This document shows positions 54,936 to 63,860 of a stretch of 64,000 bases of DNA, in pieces. The stretch's first letter is position 1. The number at the start of each line of letters is the position of its first letter. The DNA is from a virus. Position numbers and translations under genes: made by a program. Below the pieces are notes generated by a model. It saw nothing but the letters and a program-made list of their open reading frames with translations, was not told the origin of the DNA and ran no database searches. The DNA lies in the IMG/VR virus record IMGVR_UViG_3300045988_102159, positions 32,001 through 96,000 of that record; one strand, written 5' to 3'.

Positions 54936-55676
54936 CATAATATTCTAAATAGGTCGTTACTCTATTTATTGTTTACACAACTATATATTGCTATATAGAT
55001 TAGACTATATCTTATGCTAGATTACTAACATTTTCCTATTTCAAGCTACTTAGCTTTACTTCCTTGCGGAATAGTCGTTGAACTTTATTGAGTTATCCAC
55101 CTATAACCTCCTGTAGTATGACGTTTACCGCTACAAACAAGGCTAATTTTGCTAACACTACAACCTGTCTGACGATGCGCTTCTGACATACTTTTAAATT
55201 CACCAATAACATTTCCATTTAAATCAAGTTGGTAAACAGGAATCTCTGGATAACTTCCACTATTTACTTTATGCTGAACATAGCTATCATTCTTTTGACG
55301 AATAACCCAACGTAAATTTGTCAAATTATTGTCATCTCGAATTTCGTTTATATGATGACATTCCTCTCCTTCTAATGGAGGGCGAAGAAAAGTCTCAAGA
55401 ACCAAACGATGAATACGCCAATGTTTATAAGTGTTATTCTCTGTATTATATAACTTTACATACTGGTATCCATCTTTGTCATATTGAGGTTTCAACATAC
55501 GTTTAGTTGAAACAGTTCTAATTTCACCATGTTCATTTACCTCATAATAAGGAAAATCTTTTACAACTTTCCACATAAATAGCGCTCCAATCTTAGATGC
55601 TGATTGTCTTATAATACTTATATTATATCATAAGAGTTTCCAGCAGTCAAGGAAATTTTACAAGAGCAATCTATTT
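54936..55676 (-). mobile_element. group I intron A (741 nt) carrying an HNH endonuclease gene
   Basis: Exon end CAAGGGU pairs with GCUCUUG (55661-55667). The adjacent GAUU (55668-55671) pairs with exon-2 start AAUC. Blocks GACTGCTGGAAAC, GACAATCAGCATC, GTTCAACGACTAT and AGATATAGTCT are present. It ends in G54936. Confidence 0.75.
55085..55576 (-). CDS. intron-encoded HNH homing endonuclease (NUMOD4 / HNH_3 / IENR1-like)
   Basis: WKVVKDFPYYEVNEHGEIR (NUMOD4-like), ECHHINEIRDDNNLTNLRW (HNH), and C-terminal ..SMSEAHRQTGCSVSKISLVCSGKR (helix-turn-helix module). Confidence 0.85.
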   Translation of the reverse strand: MWKVVKDFPYYEVNEHGEIRTVSTKRMLKPQYDKDGYQYVKLYNTENNTYKHWRIHRLVLETFLRPPLEGEECHHINEIRDDNNLTNLRWVIRQKNDSYVQHKVNSGSYPEIPVYQLDLNGNVIGEFKSMSEAHRQTGCSVSKISLVCSGKRHTTGGYRWITQ

Positions 55677-55850
55677 ACCCTTGCCTCCTTGTGCATAAAC
55701 AGTAGTAGCAGCACCCTCAAGGCTAGAAGTCTTGGCAGTATCAATGTAAAGCATAGGCTGACCAGCATCGAAGTGCTGACCACCAAGGTCTACGGATGTT
55801 AGTGGCTTGAAGACCACATCACAAATCTCGCGCACACCAAAACGATTCAT
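55677..55850 (-). CDS. major tail protein candidate, exon 1 (58 codons, below ORF-track cutoff)
   Basis: AAGGAG RBS 7 nt upstream. MNRFGVREICDVVFKPLTSVDLGGQHFDAGQPMLYIDTAKTSSLEGAATTVYAQGGKG, then an in-frame stop in the intron. Confidence 0.75.
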
Positions 55851-55958
55851 AGATTTCTCCTTACGTTTAGGAATTTGTATACAGTTTCCTTAGTCATAGA
55901 AACATAACGCGCTAATTTCTATGTCTATTATATAAACGCGGCAAAACCACGATTATAC

Positions 55959-56729
55959 TCAGTAAATACCATCCATCCAATTATCAGGTTCATCCATCTT
56001 ACTAACATCCATCATTGGAGTAGTAGCAACTTTCTGATATAAGTCGTATGCCATTTTAAGTGTATACCTCTTAATACTGTCAAACAACTGAAATGGAGTA
56101 TAGTTATATATGACATTAATATCAATTGCCAAACCAATAGAAAGAGCAGAAGCATAATTACCAAATATACTATTAGCTTTTTTCTTGTCTTTATCGCTCT
56201 TTATCTGATTTCGTATTTCTCGACCACGTTGAAGTTTGGCCGCAATCTCGGCAGCTGCGTCATTAGCAGGGTTAAATTCTTCTTCATACTTATCAGTGCC
56301 TACTGGTAAAAACAACTCTTTCAATGTAATTCTGAAATTTTCAAAATTCATAGGATTAAGTTGCCCTACTATTGGCCCACTCTCCTGTACCCTAAAATTA
56401 ATGCACCCAGCGTCATATTCAACTATATAATCAGGGAAAATAAGGCCAAAAAGATTATCTACATTTCTTTTTGTATTTTCGTCCTGTTGGATGATTACTA
56501 ATAATATTTGAAAATCGTCCATATACCCTAATTGACTTTTGCCCACGTTTTTCATTTCTGCGGCAAGTTCTTTTGCCTTGACAAAAAGCTCAACGGACAT
56601 AAGAAACGAATCTTCACCAAAAGCGCAAATATCTTTAATAGACGGCTGCGAGATAGCAATATTAGCTCCCGCAACCGTCACTGGCATTCCAGAAAGATAT
56701 TTACCTAAATCTCCTTGTAACTCTGACAT
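55959..56729 (-). CDS. tail/connector-module hypothetical protein
   Basis: 256-aa ORF in the late operon. Confidence 0.6.
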   Translation of the reverse strand: MSELQGDLGKYLSGMPVTVAGANIAISQPSIKDICAFGEDSFLMSVELFVKAKELAAEMKNVGKSQLGYMDDFQILLVIIQQDENTKRNVDNLFGLIFPDYIVEYDAGCINFRVQESGPIVGQLNPMNFENFRITLKELFLPVGTDKYEEEFNPANDAAAEIAAKLQRGREIRNQIKSDKDKKKANSIFGNYASALSIGLAIDINVIYNYTPFQLFDSIKRYTLKMAYDLYQKVATTPMMDVSKMDEPDNWMDGIY

Positions 56730-56741
56730 GCCGCACCAGCT

Positions 56742-57353
56742 TTATAAATCTTGCGGCGCAGGCTTAGTATTATCAATATTCTCTGAATCGTCCGCTTCAC
56801 TATGGGAGGAAGAATAGCGTAACATCACGCCACCTAAATATTCATTCAAGACTAGCTGTTGCGCACCTAGGAATTGTAGCTTGCCAATACCAGATAGACG
56901 AGTATCATTCATAATGCCGTCAACATATCCAGCAATCATCCAAGGACGTAACTGATAATCATCTAGTTCCCAATAGTCAAGTTGTGAGATAATTGTAAAG
57001 CTAATAACGCAATTGCGATAGCGAGGATTCTCAGAAGGAGAAAAATCATCAAAGTCTAACATGATATAAGATTTAACCTCTTCATGCTCCCCAAAAGAGA
57101 GTTTAGGAGTAGCCTTAATATATTGATTATCATGTAGGTCTTTAATAGTATATTGTTCAATCTTACGCTGATATTGGTCTTGCGTTTTGTCAAGACAATC
57201 AGGCGTATTGATAATAAGTAATTTTTTTAGCATATCGCTATAAGGTCTACTTTCAACAAAGAGTTTGCGCCAAATGGTTTCTTGGTCTTCTGCGTGTGAA
57301 AGAAAAGTAGACTTATAATTAGTTCGTAAGATATTAGAAGCAACGTGTTTCAT
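56742..57353 (-). CDS. tail/connector-module hypothetical protein
   Basis: 203-aa ORF. Confidence 0.6.
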   Translation of the reverse strand: MKHVASNILRTNYKSTFLSHAEDQETIWRKLFVESRPYSDMLKKLLIINTPDCLDKTQDQYQRKIEQYTIKDLHDNQYIKATPKLSFGEHEEVKSYIMLDFDDFSPSENPRYRNCVISFTIISQLDYWELDDYQLRPWMIAGYVDGIMNDTRLSGIGKLQFLGAQQLVLNEYLGGVMLRYSSSHSEADDSENIDNTKPAPQDL

Positions 57354-57367
57354 GTAACCTCCAATCC

Positions 57368-58504
57368 TTATAACGATTTAATCTTAACTGGTAAATCTGT
57401 TTCAACATCACCATATGCCGCATGAATAACAAATTTACCTTTCTTGCCAGATACAATCTCTACTTTGCAAGAATCATTATTGAAATCTATAATCTTAGCC
57501 ATAGATTCATCATCAATAGAGAATGAAACTCTTTCACCTTCTGGAAGTTTCTTAATCCAATAGGTATGAATATCATATGGATAAACTTCTTGAGGCCCTT
57601 GGATTAACGGTTTCTGCCATTCGATAATTACAGTCTGGAAGAAATCTCCATAGCAAATATCAAAAGTTTTGATTGCACCTGCATATACTTTAACCTTACA
57701 CATGCGGCCATTCTCATATTCATCAAGTATTTTTACTCTTGGATTATTCTTAACTTCCCAATGAATCTTGGGGTCATATGCTTCATTAGAAATAGCATAT
57801 CCAACAATAGTATCTTGCTTAGCAGTTGTCGCACCGCTAATAACATTGATAGGTGTAGTTTCGTCTTTGAGAATACTGGGCAGCTCTGCGATGCTGTTAT
57901 CATAATACTCTTGGATTTCAAGCTCTAAAATACCCGGTACTGTAATCGAATCTGTAACTTGTACTTCCCATGTATGTCCCGCAAGTTTAATATGGGTAAA
58001 ACGATGAAAAAAGTTTCTAGTATTTTCATCATTCTTAATATAGATGCGGCTAGACAAGTTAAGTTCATTGACATTAATGTTATTCTTAATGAACCATCGG
58101 AGGTCTGTTTCTACGGGTCCACGCATATACACCCAGTATTCTTTACCGTTTACATCAAGTGTATAATCACAGCGAATAATCTCAGACCGCAGATAAGCCG
58201 TCTCTGTAATCACTGGCAGATAGACCATCCAATGAGTTCCACTGTCTAATAGCTCAAAAGTTTCACCAGCTTTTAAACCGCTCTTGAAATCTACAGAGAT
58301 ATACTTTTTATCGTAATCAGATTTTAAGCCTCCTGACATGGAATTAATAAGACAAGGCCAAGACTGATTATTGAATTTAATCATTCTTTTATTATAGTCA
58401 TTTTTTAAAGCCGCTTGAAAAGACCTATACTTAGACTGATTAATTCTTCCCATGTTATCGCCGCCAAGATAATTAAGACGAGCACCTAGTGTCTGCATAC
58501 TCAT
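57368..58504 (-). CDS. structural protein with C-terminal Ig-like (Big_2-type) region
   Basis: 378 aa. The C-terminus ..SFSIDDESMAKIIDFNNDSCKVEIVSGKKGKFVIHAAYGDVETDLPVKI resembles bacterial Ig-like domains. Confidence 0.6.
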   Translation of the reverse strand: MSMQTLGARLNYLGGDNMGRINQSKYRSFQAALKNDYNKRMIKFNNQSWPCLINSMSGGLKSDYDKKYISVDFKSGLKAGETFELLDSGTHWMVYLPVITETAYLRSEIIRCDYTLDVNGKEYWVYMRGPVETDLRWFIKNNINVNELNLSSRIYIKNDENTRNFFHRFTHIKLAGHTWEVQVTDSITVPGILELEIQEYYDNSIAELPSILKDETTPINVISGATTAKQDTIVGYAISNEAYDPKIHWEVKNNPRVKILDEYENGRMCKVKVYAGAIKTFDICYGDFFQTVIIEWQKPLIQGPQEVYPYDIHTYWIKKLPEGERVSFSIDDESMAKIIDFNNDSCKVEIVSGKKGKFVIHAAYGDVETDLPVKIKSL

Positions 58505-58821
58505 AGGCTCTCCCTAATATCGTTGGAAATATTACATGCTTCAAAAATCATGCGGCGAAAAAGCATAAATTCAATATCTTTTCCTTGTTCTTTAATGCCT
58601 TGCAGCTTATATACGAGTTGATAAAGTTTTGGCACATTAGGAGTTACAAGAGCCATGCCTGTAATCTCTATAACTAGAGTATCTAATGGCTTAATCCAAT
58701 CTTTACCACTCTCAAATGTAGGTAGAAGTTTAAAAATTTGATTTGTTATGCGCTCTAAACTATCCTTTACATTTTCTACCTGATAGTTTAAAATCCTATC
58801 ATCTATTACTATTAATGCCAT
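58501..58821 (-). CDS. head-tail connector-module small protein
   Basis: 106 aa with an ATGA overlap with the next gene. Confidence 0.55.
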   Translation of the reverse strand: MALIVIDDRILNYQVENVKDSLERITNQIFKLLPTFESGKDWIKPLDTLVIEITGMALVTPNVPKLYQLVYKLQGIKEQGKDIEFMLFRRMIFEACNISNDIRESL

Positions 58822-58822
58822 T

Positions 58823-59332
58823 TTACTTCACTGGTTCCATAATCATGCCAAAAGAAGAACGAACATTGCCTTTCTTATCAACATATCTACGGCAATAAAG
58901 CCGCTGAGCGTGAAAGGCTTTCTGTTCATACTCCTGCTTCATTGTAATAAGTGAGCGCATATGATTGGCCTGAGAAGTGAATGCAAAATCAGAACTTGAA
59001 TATTTCTGACGAATAAGGTCAACAGTGGCAAGCTGATAACTAATCCATTCGGCAATCATATAGTAACGAATGATAATCTTTTCCTCTACAGTAAGGCATG
59101 TAGAGAAACATTTATTTTCATAGTCTAAAGTAAATGGGTGCGCCCAATGCGGAAACTCAAATTTAGGAACTGCCGCAATCAGAATTTCCTCAAGCAGCTT
59201 TTCAGTATCCTCTTTTGTAAGTTCCATAAACATATCATCGGTAACGCCCGCTAGGAAAAACTCATACATCTCCTGAAAAGAAGTTGGAGGTATGACTTCC
59301 ATATCTTTATCAATATCTGTATCTTGTGGCAT
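58823..59332 (-). CDS. head-tail connector-module protein
   Basis: 169-aa ORF. Confidence 0.55.
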   Translation of the reverse strand: MPQDTDIDKDMEVIPPTSFQEMYEFFLAGVTDDMFMELTKEDTEKLLEEILIAAVPKFEFPHWAHPFTLDYENKCFSTCLTVEEKIIIRYYMIAEWISYQLATVDLIRQKYSSSDFAFTSQANHMRSLITMKQEYEQKAFHAQRLYCRRYVDKKGNVRSSFGMIMEPVK

Positions 59333-59358
59333 TGGGCAAACCTCCTACTTATTTCATA

Positions 59359-59928
59359 TTACTCGGTAGTTGCTTTGACACGGCGCTTGCGTGGCTCGGC
59401 AGCTTTCTGAACTCGGCGCTGACGTGGTTTATCAGCAACATTGGTATCGCTATTATCATAAGCATGTTTATTCTTAATAGCGGCATCAATATCGACACCT
59501 GTCTTTTCCGCAATAGCTTTAATTTTAGCACGGTCATTGATTTCAAGTTCAATAGCCTTATCTTTAAGAGTCTCTACAATACCTTGCGGCGCAAAATCAA
59601 GAGCGTCCAAGAGTACATCAATCTCATCTTCAAGCAAACACTTCTTTACGTCTGCTTCTGTCCAATTATATTCAATGGCATCACAAGGGACGCCAAATTC
59701 TGCGGCAAGTGACTTATTTCCTACATTGATATAGTTCTGTAGAAGAATAGAGCCACCGGGCTGGAAAAATAATTCACGTAGCTCACCTGCGGAAACACGC
59801 ATAGTAACGCCCGGAATAAGACGGCGTGCGCGACCAGAAGACGAAAGAATATAACCAGTCTCGCAGTTTACAATATTGCGGATAGGAACTAGTGTATCAT
59901 CGCTAATTAGTTCAACTTCATTACTCAT
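59359..59928 (-). CDS. hypothetical protein with basic C-terminal tail
   Basis: The start is taken at Met 59928 (AAGGAG upstream, MSNEVELISDD..). The C-terminus is KPRQRRVQKAAEPRKRRVKATTE. The longer ORF-track version overlaps the terminator and the upstream gene. Confidence 0.6.
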   Translation of the reverse strand: MSNEVELISDDTLVPIRNIVNCETGYILSSSGRARRLIPGVTMRVSAGELRELFFQPGGSILLQNYINVGNKSLAAEFGVPCDAIEYNWTEADVKKCLLEDEIDVLLDALDFAPQGIVETLKDKAIELEINDRAKIKAIAEKTGVDIDAAIKNKHAYDNSDTNVADKPRQRRVQKAAEPRKRRVKATTE

Positions 59929-59952
59929 ATTATATTTTCTCCTTTTAAATCT

Positions 59953-59982
59953 AAAAAAAGAAGGGACGCAGAGCGCCCCTTC
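59953..59982 (-). terminator. intrinsic terminator closing the capsid operon
   Basis: GGAAGGGGCGC-loop-GCGUCCCUUC followed by T7 on the minus strand. Confidence 0.7.
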
Positions 59983-59992
59983 CAATAATTTA

Positions 59993-60895
59993 TTATTTGA
60001 AATTAACAACGGGGTCGTTAACTCCATCAGCAAGGATTCCCTGAGTGTCGGCATATACATAATATACCTTATCCATTCCTTCACCTTTCTCCATGAGCTT
60101 CTTAGAGCCACGAACAAGGTTGTCGAAATTGATTGTAAACTTAGAGAAATCTTGCTTGCTGCCAGCCTTAGAATAATCCTGTAGCAGCATAAAAGCAGTA
60201 TAACCATCAGCATTTGGCGTATCACTATTGAATGAATACGTGGTATCCTTAAAATTAAAGATAGCAGAGACATTCTTAGGATTGCTTAGACGAATTGGGT
60301 TATTACTTACGTCAATATCTTCAAATACGTTACCCACAAAGTTTACGGTAGCACCTTCGGCAAGATTATAAAGGCTTACGCCGTTATTCTTTAGCTTACC
60401 CTTGAACGTATTATTCTTAAAGGTGACATCCGCAATATCACGTGCATTGCTGATGCTAAACTCAACCATATTGTAAATATTCTTATCGCCAGCATCGAAT
60501 ACGTTGTTCTCAAATACAATCTTGCCAGAAGTCATGACAGATAGTGCGGTGTGGGTAGTACCTGAAATTTCACTATTCTTTAGCGTGAAAGGCTTCGTAC
60601 CGTTAACCTTGACGGCAAGTGTCTTGTCATTAGCATCTGCGCCAGTAGCTACAAGTTTAACATTATCAAATGTAACTGCTGCATCTGAAACCACTACTGG
60701 TTTTTCAAAGGTTACACCATTACCCTTAACAGTAATATCATTATTAAAAGTTACAGGCTCTTCGATTGCAGCGGTTCCCGCAGGGACAAACAGTGTGCCA
60801 CCAGCGGGAACATTTGCGATTGCTTCTGAGATAGTATCATAATCGCCAGCATTTACCTCGTCTTTCCCAGGTGTGGGAGGTTCTGGGTCAGGCAT
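59993..60895 (-). CDS. right-handed parallel beta-helix (pectate-lyase-like repeat) protein, possibly made only as a frameshift extension of the capsid protein
   Basis: Repeats of the V.F.NN.F.G/N type (VTFNNDITVKGNG, VTFDNVKLVA, IVFENNVFDAG, VTFKNNTFKG, VNFVGNVFED). Pro-rich N-terminus MPDPEPPTPGK. No RBS upstream of the ATG. Confidence 0.7.
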   Translation of the reverse strand: MPDPEPPTPGKDEVNAGDYDTISEAIANVPAGGTLFVPAGTAAIEEPVTFNNDITVKGNGVTFEKPVVVSDAAVTFDNVKLVATGADANDKTLAVKVNGTKPFTLKNSEISGTTHTALSVMTSGKIVFENNVFDAGDKNIYNMVEFSISNARDIADVTFKNNTFKGKLKNNGVSLYNLAEGATVNFVGNVFEDIDVSNNPIRLSNPKNVSAIFNFKDTTYSFNSDTPNADGYTAFMLLQDYSKAGSKQDFSKFTINFDNLVRGSKKLMEKGEGMDKVYYVYADTQGILADGVNDPVVNFK

Positions 60896-60906
60896 TGGAG
60901 TTGGGT

Positions 60907-61953
60907 TTAGCGAGTTGCTTTTTTTAGTGCTGTGTTCTGATAAGAGCAGATAGAAGGATTAGAGAATACAGCGACACCAAACTTCTTGTAAGTTTGGAGG
61001 TCGGTTGACCAATCGTCATTATCAGAAACTGTACGAACGGCAGTCTGACCCTCGAAGACAATCTTGACAGGCTTTTCGCCAACAGAAGCAAAGATGTAAG
61101 CCTGAGAGGGGTCAACAACCTTTTCGGCATTAGTTTCATCAACCATAGATTGCTGGAGGATGATTACAGGGTGACCCTTATAATCCGCGAAGAAGCCCTT
61201 GCGGAAAAGCTCTTCTTTCATGGAATCAGAAGCCCAGTCAGCAGAAGCAGGCTTCATAGTAGAAGCAAACTCACGAGTGCAGTAGATGGTAGAAGTACCA
61301 TTGCCGTAGGCGTCGGAAATAGCAAGCAGTTCGTCCATCTTAGTCTCGTCAAAGCCAGCGCCGACATACTTGTTAGCAGTAGGTAGCTGTTCGACAGTCT
61401 GTGTAAGAGCCTTTAGAATTTCAGCATAGATGTATTCATCGACACCTTCAAGCATGATATTAGTGAAGTCAGCGAATGAATAACGACCATCAAGGAATTC
61501 CTCAAAGCCAATGCGGATAGCATAGCCAATAGCGCTAGTAGCAACTTCGAGTTCCTTACCATCAAGCATCATTGTCTCATAACGACCAGCAAGGCCGACA
61601 CGAGTTACGAAAGCCTTGGCACGCTTACGAGCAGCTTCAGTAATGCGGAGCTTGAAGACGGCCTTATCGCCCTGAGCGATTGTCTGAACGTCAGCGAACT
61701 GTTCAAATTGCTGCATAACCTTGACGGGAAGAATCTCGTCAATGGTATTCTCAATTAGTTCGTAGACAGCGACCTCGTTGCGACGGAAGAGACGATAATC
61801 GCCAGCAAGTAGATTGAACTGTTCACGAAGAGTACGGTTAACGGTATCAACGTCAAATGATTCCTCGTTGCCATTTACTGAAAAAGTAAGGGGAGCATTC
61901 TTGGTAGCGGCACGAGCGAGCTTTTTAAGTTCGTCAAATTTCATTAGTTCCAT
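60907..61953 (-). CDS. major capsid protein (HK97-fold type)
   Basis: 348 aa, following the protease/scaffold and a small head protein. The sequence pattern is typical of phage major capsid proteins. Confidence 0.75.
   Translation of the reverse strand: MELMKFDELKKLARAATKNAPLTFSVNGNEESFDVDTVNRTLREQFNLLAGDYRLFRRNEVAVYELIENTIDEILPVKVMQQFEQFADVQTIAQGDKAVFKLRITEAARKRAKAFVTRVGLAGRYETMMLDGKELEVATSAIGYAIRIGFEEFLDGRYSFADFTNIMLEGVDEYIYAEILKALTQTVEQLPTANKYVGAGFDETKMDELLAISDAYGNGTSTIYCTREFASTMKPASADWASDSMKEELFRKGFFADYKGHPVIILQQSMVDETNAEKVVDPSQAYIFASVGEKPVKIVFEGQTAVRTVSDNDDWSTDLQTYKKFGVAVFSNPSICSYQNTALKKATR
60919..60925 (-). promoter_or_regulatory. candidate -1 programmed frameshift heptamer A_AAA_AAA
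   Basis: Minus strand CUA AAA AAA GCA ACU CGC UAA. The -1 frame continues open into the beta-helix ORF. Confidence 0.5.
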
Positions 61954-61972
61954 TATCTATCTTACTCCTTTC

Positions 61973-62497
61973 TTATTCAGCGATGACTTGTAGTTTAAGG
62001 CCGGGCTGACCATCAGGCATGGTGGTGAGCTTAGCAACCTTGACGGCTAGACCTTCGCCCTTAGCGCCTTTCTCAAGAACACCATTAGTGCCGGGGACGA
62101 GAACGTCACCTAGGTCATAATCGTCAGCCTTGACGTTATTTGTGGTGAAAATATCACCAGCATACATGCGGAAAACACGAGGTGTCATAACGCCGTCATA
62201 GAAGTCAGACTTCTTCATGGCGTAGTCACGGTGCATCTGCTTACGCTCGTCATAGAGCTTTTCTTCATTGAAGACCATCATCCAAGGGCCTTCACCAGTG
62301 AAGTTAATTTTGCCAGCAGCATAATCGTACTTAACGAAAGTGCCCTGTTCAAGCATTGTAATAGAATCATCAGCGGGGAGCTGACCATAAACGCCACCAC
62401 TGCGGGGAGCAGAGAGGTGGTTAGGCTCGACAACTGAATAATTGTCGTGGCCTGTAAGCTGAACCTTAGTGTCAGCGCGGTCTACATGTAGAGCCAT
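61973..62497 (-). CDS. small head protein (decoration/cement candidate by position)
   Basis: 174-aa ORF between the scaffold/protease and capsid genes. Confidence 0.5.
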   Translation of the reverse strand: MALHVDRADTKVQLTGHDNYSVVEPNHLSAPRSGGVYGQLPADDSITMLEQGTFVKYDYAAGKINFTGEGPWMMVFNEEKLYDERKQMHRDYAMKKSDFYDGVMTPRVFRMYAGDIFTTNNVKADDYDLGDVLVPGTNGVLEKGAKGEGLAVKVAKLTTMPDGQPGLKLQVIAE

Positions 62498-62510
62498 TTA
62501 ATCCTCCTAT

Positions 62511-63854
62511 TTAATAGTTTTGTGCTTCGCGGAGAGCAGATAGCATTGGGTCAGCATCTTCCGCAATAGTTTCATCGTCTAAAGAGAATGTCGTAAGAGG
62601 TGTAGAATCTACCTCTTCCTCTTCATCAAAGTTAACATTCTTCTGAACGTATAGTAAAGCGAGCTTGCTTTCAATCTCGCCAAGAGTGAATTTATCTTTA
62701 TCAGCGATAATTTCCGCTTTGTCTTCGTCAGAGAGCATATGATATTTAGCAATCATAGCATCCTTGTCGGCATCAATGCGCTCTGCCTTAAACTTACGAA
62801 GCTCTTCTGCTTCTGCTTCGAGAGCCGTAAACTTATCTGTAAGCTCTTTTAGCTGTTCAGAAAGTTCAGAAACCTGATTCTCAAGCTCATGCTTTTTCTC
62901 TGGCTTCTTTTCATCTTCCTTATCATCAGAATCATTAGAATCGTCATCTGATTCATCTTCATTATCTTCGGAATCAGAGTCTTCTTTATCTTCTTTCTTC
63001 TCTTCTTCCTTAGCAAAAGTTTCTTCGGCGGAGTCTTCGCTAGATTCAACGTCTTCATTTGTCTCAACGTTTTCAGCAAACTCTTCTGCCGCAGGAGTTT
63101 CTTCCTCAGCTGTGGCAGTAGGCTCTACCTCAACGCTTTCAACGTTTTCTTTCGGCATAGACCCTCCTTTTGTCAACGCACTTTTTAATTCATTCATCAT
63201 AGCAAATAAAGTATGCGAAAATTCTTTATTATAAGAGAAATGTTCGCTTACTTCTGGGCTAGTGACAGATGCGCCCTCAAAACAAGGTTCTACATCATCG
63301 CCCAAGATACAAAGTTTTGTAAAGATTGCATCATTTATAATAAAAAACTCAATATCGTTGCTATCGGTAGTCCAATGTCCGTCAACGTCATCAATTTCCA
63401 TTGACTGTCCTTGGCCTTGGTTGATACATTTATCCAATTCAGGATACTGCCCAGTCCATAGATAACCAGTAGTCATCATGTATTCACGTGTAGTGGTTTC
63501 ACCGAATTCATTTGTATCATCGAATTTCTGAAACCATACTTCTGCATCTGGAGCAACGAAACCGTAAGGAACGGTCTTGCAAGAGAATTTTACTTCCCCA
63601 TCTTCAATGTGAAGAACTTCACCGTGGTCACCAAAGTCTTCTTTGTTCTCATTATAGGCAGCTACAATTGGCGTAGCAGGTAATGAGTTCGCCATCTGGA
63701 TGGCCGTGTTCTTATCAATGAAAGAACCGTTGCGGTTCTTACCAAGATACATGACCTTAATCTCACATTTAGAAATACCGGGGTTGATAGCATCTGGTGC
63801 TAGATTAATGAATTCTGGACTATCAATTGTAGCCACAGACCTATTTCTTAGCAT
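62511..63854 (-). CDS. prohead protease/scaffolding-like protein
   Basis: 447 aa. A globular N-terminal half is followed by a very acidic low-complexity region and a coiled coil (..ELENQVSELSEQLKELTDKFTALEAEAEELRK..), as in scaffolds. Confidence 0.55.
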   Translation of the reverse strand: MLRNRSVATIDSPEFINLAPDAINPGISKCEIKVMYLGKNRNGSFIDKNTAIQMANSLPATPIVAAYNENKEDFGDHGEVLHIEDGEVKFSCKTVPYGFVAPDAEVWFQKFDDTNEFGETTTREYMMTTGYLWTGQYPELDKCINQGQGQSMEIDDVDGHWTTDSNDIEFFIINDAIFTKLCILGDDVEPCFEGASVTSPEVSEHFSYNKEFSHTLFAMMNELKSALTKGGSMPKENVESVEVEPTATAEEETPAAEEFAENVETNEDVESSEDSAEETFAKEEEKKEDKEDSDSEDNEDESDDDSNDSDDKEDEKKPEKKHELENQVSELSEQLKELTDKFTALEAEAEELRKFKAERIDADKDAMIAKYHMLSDEDKAEIIADKDKFTLGEIESKLALLYVQKNVNFDEEEEVDSTPLTTFSLDDETIAEDADPMLSALREAQNY

Positions 63855-63860
63855 TTAATT

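Noticed and set aside
59359-60273. 304-aa version of the ORF overlapping the beta-helix gene.
   Set aside because: The N-terminal 115 codons overlap 59993-60895 out of frame and cross the terminator at 59953-59982. Met 59928 has a good AAGGAG RBS.
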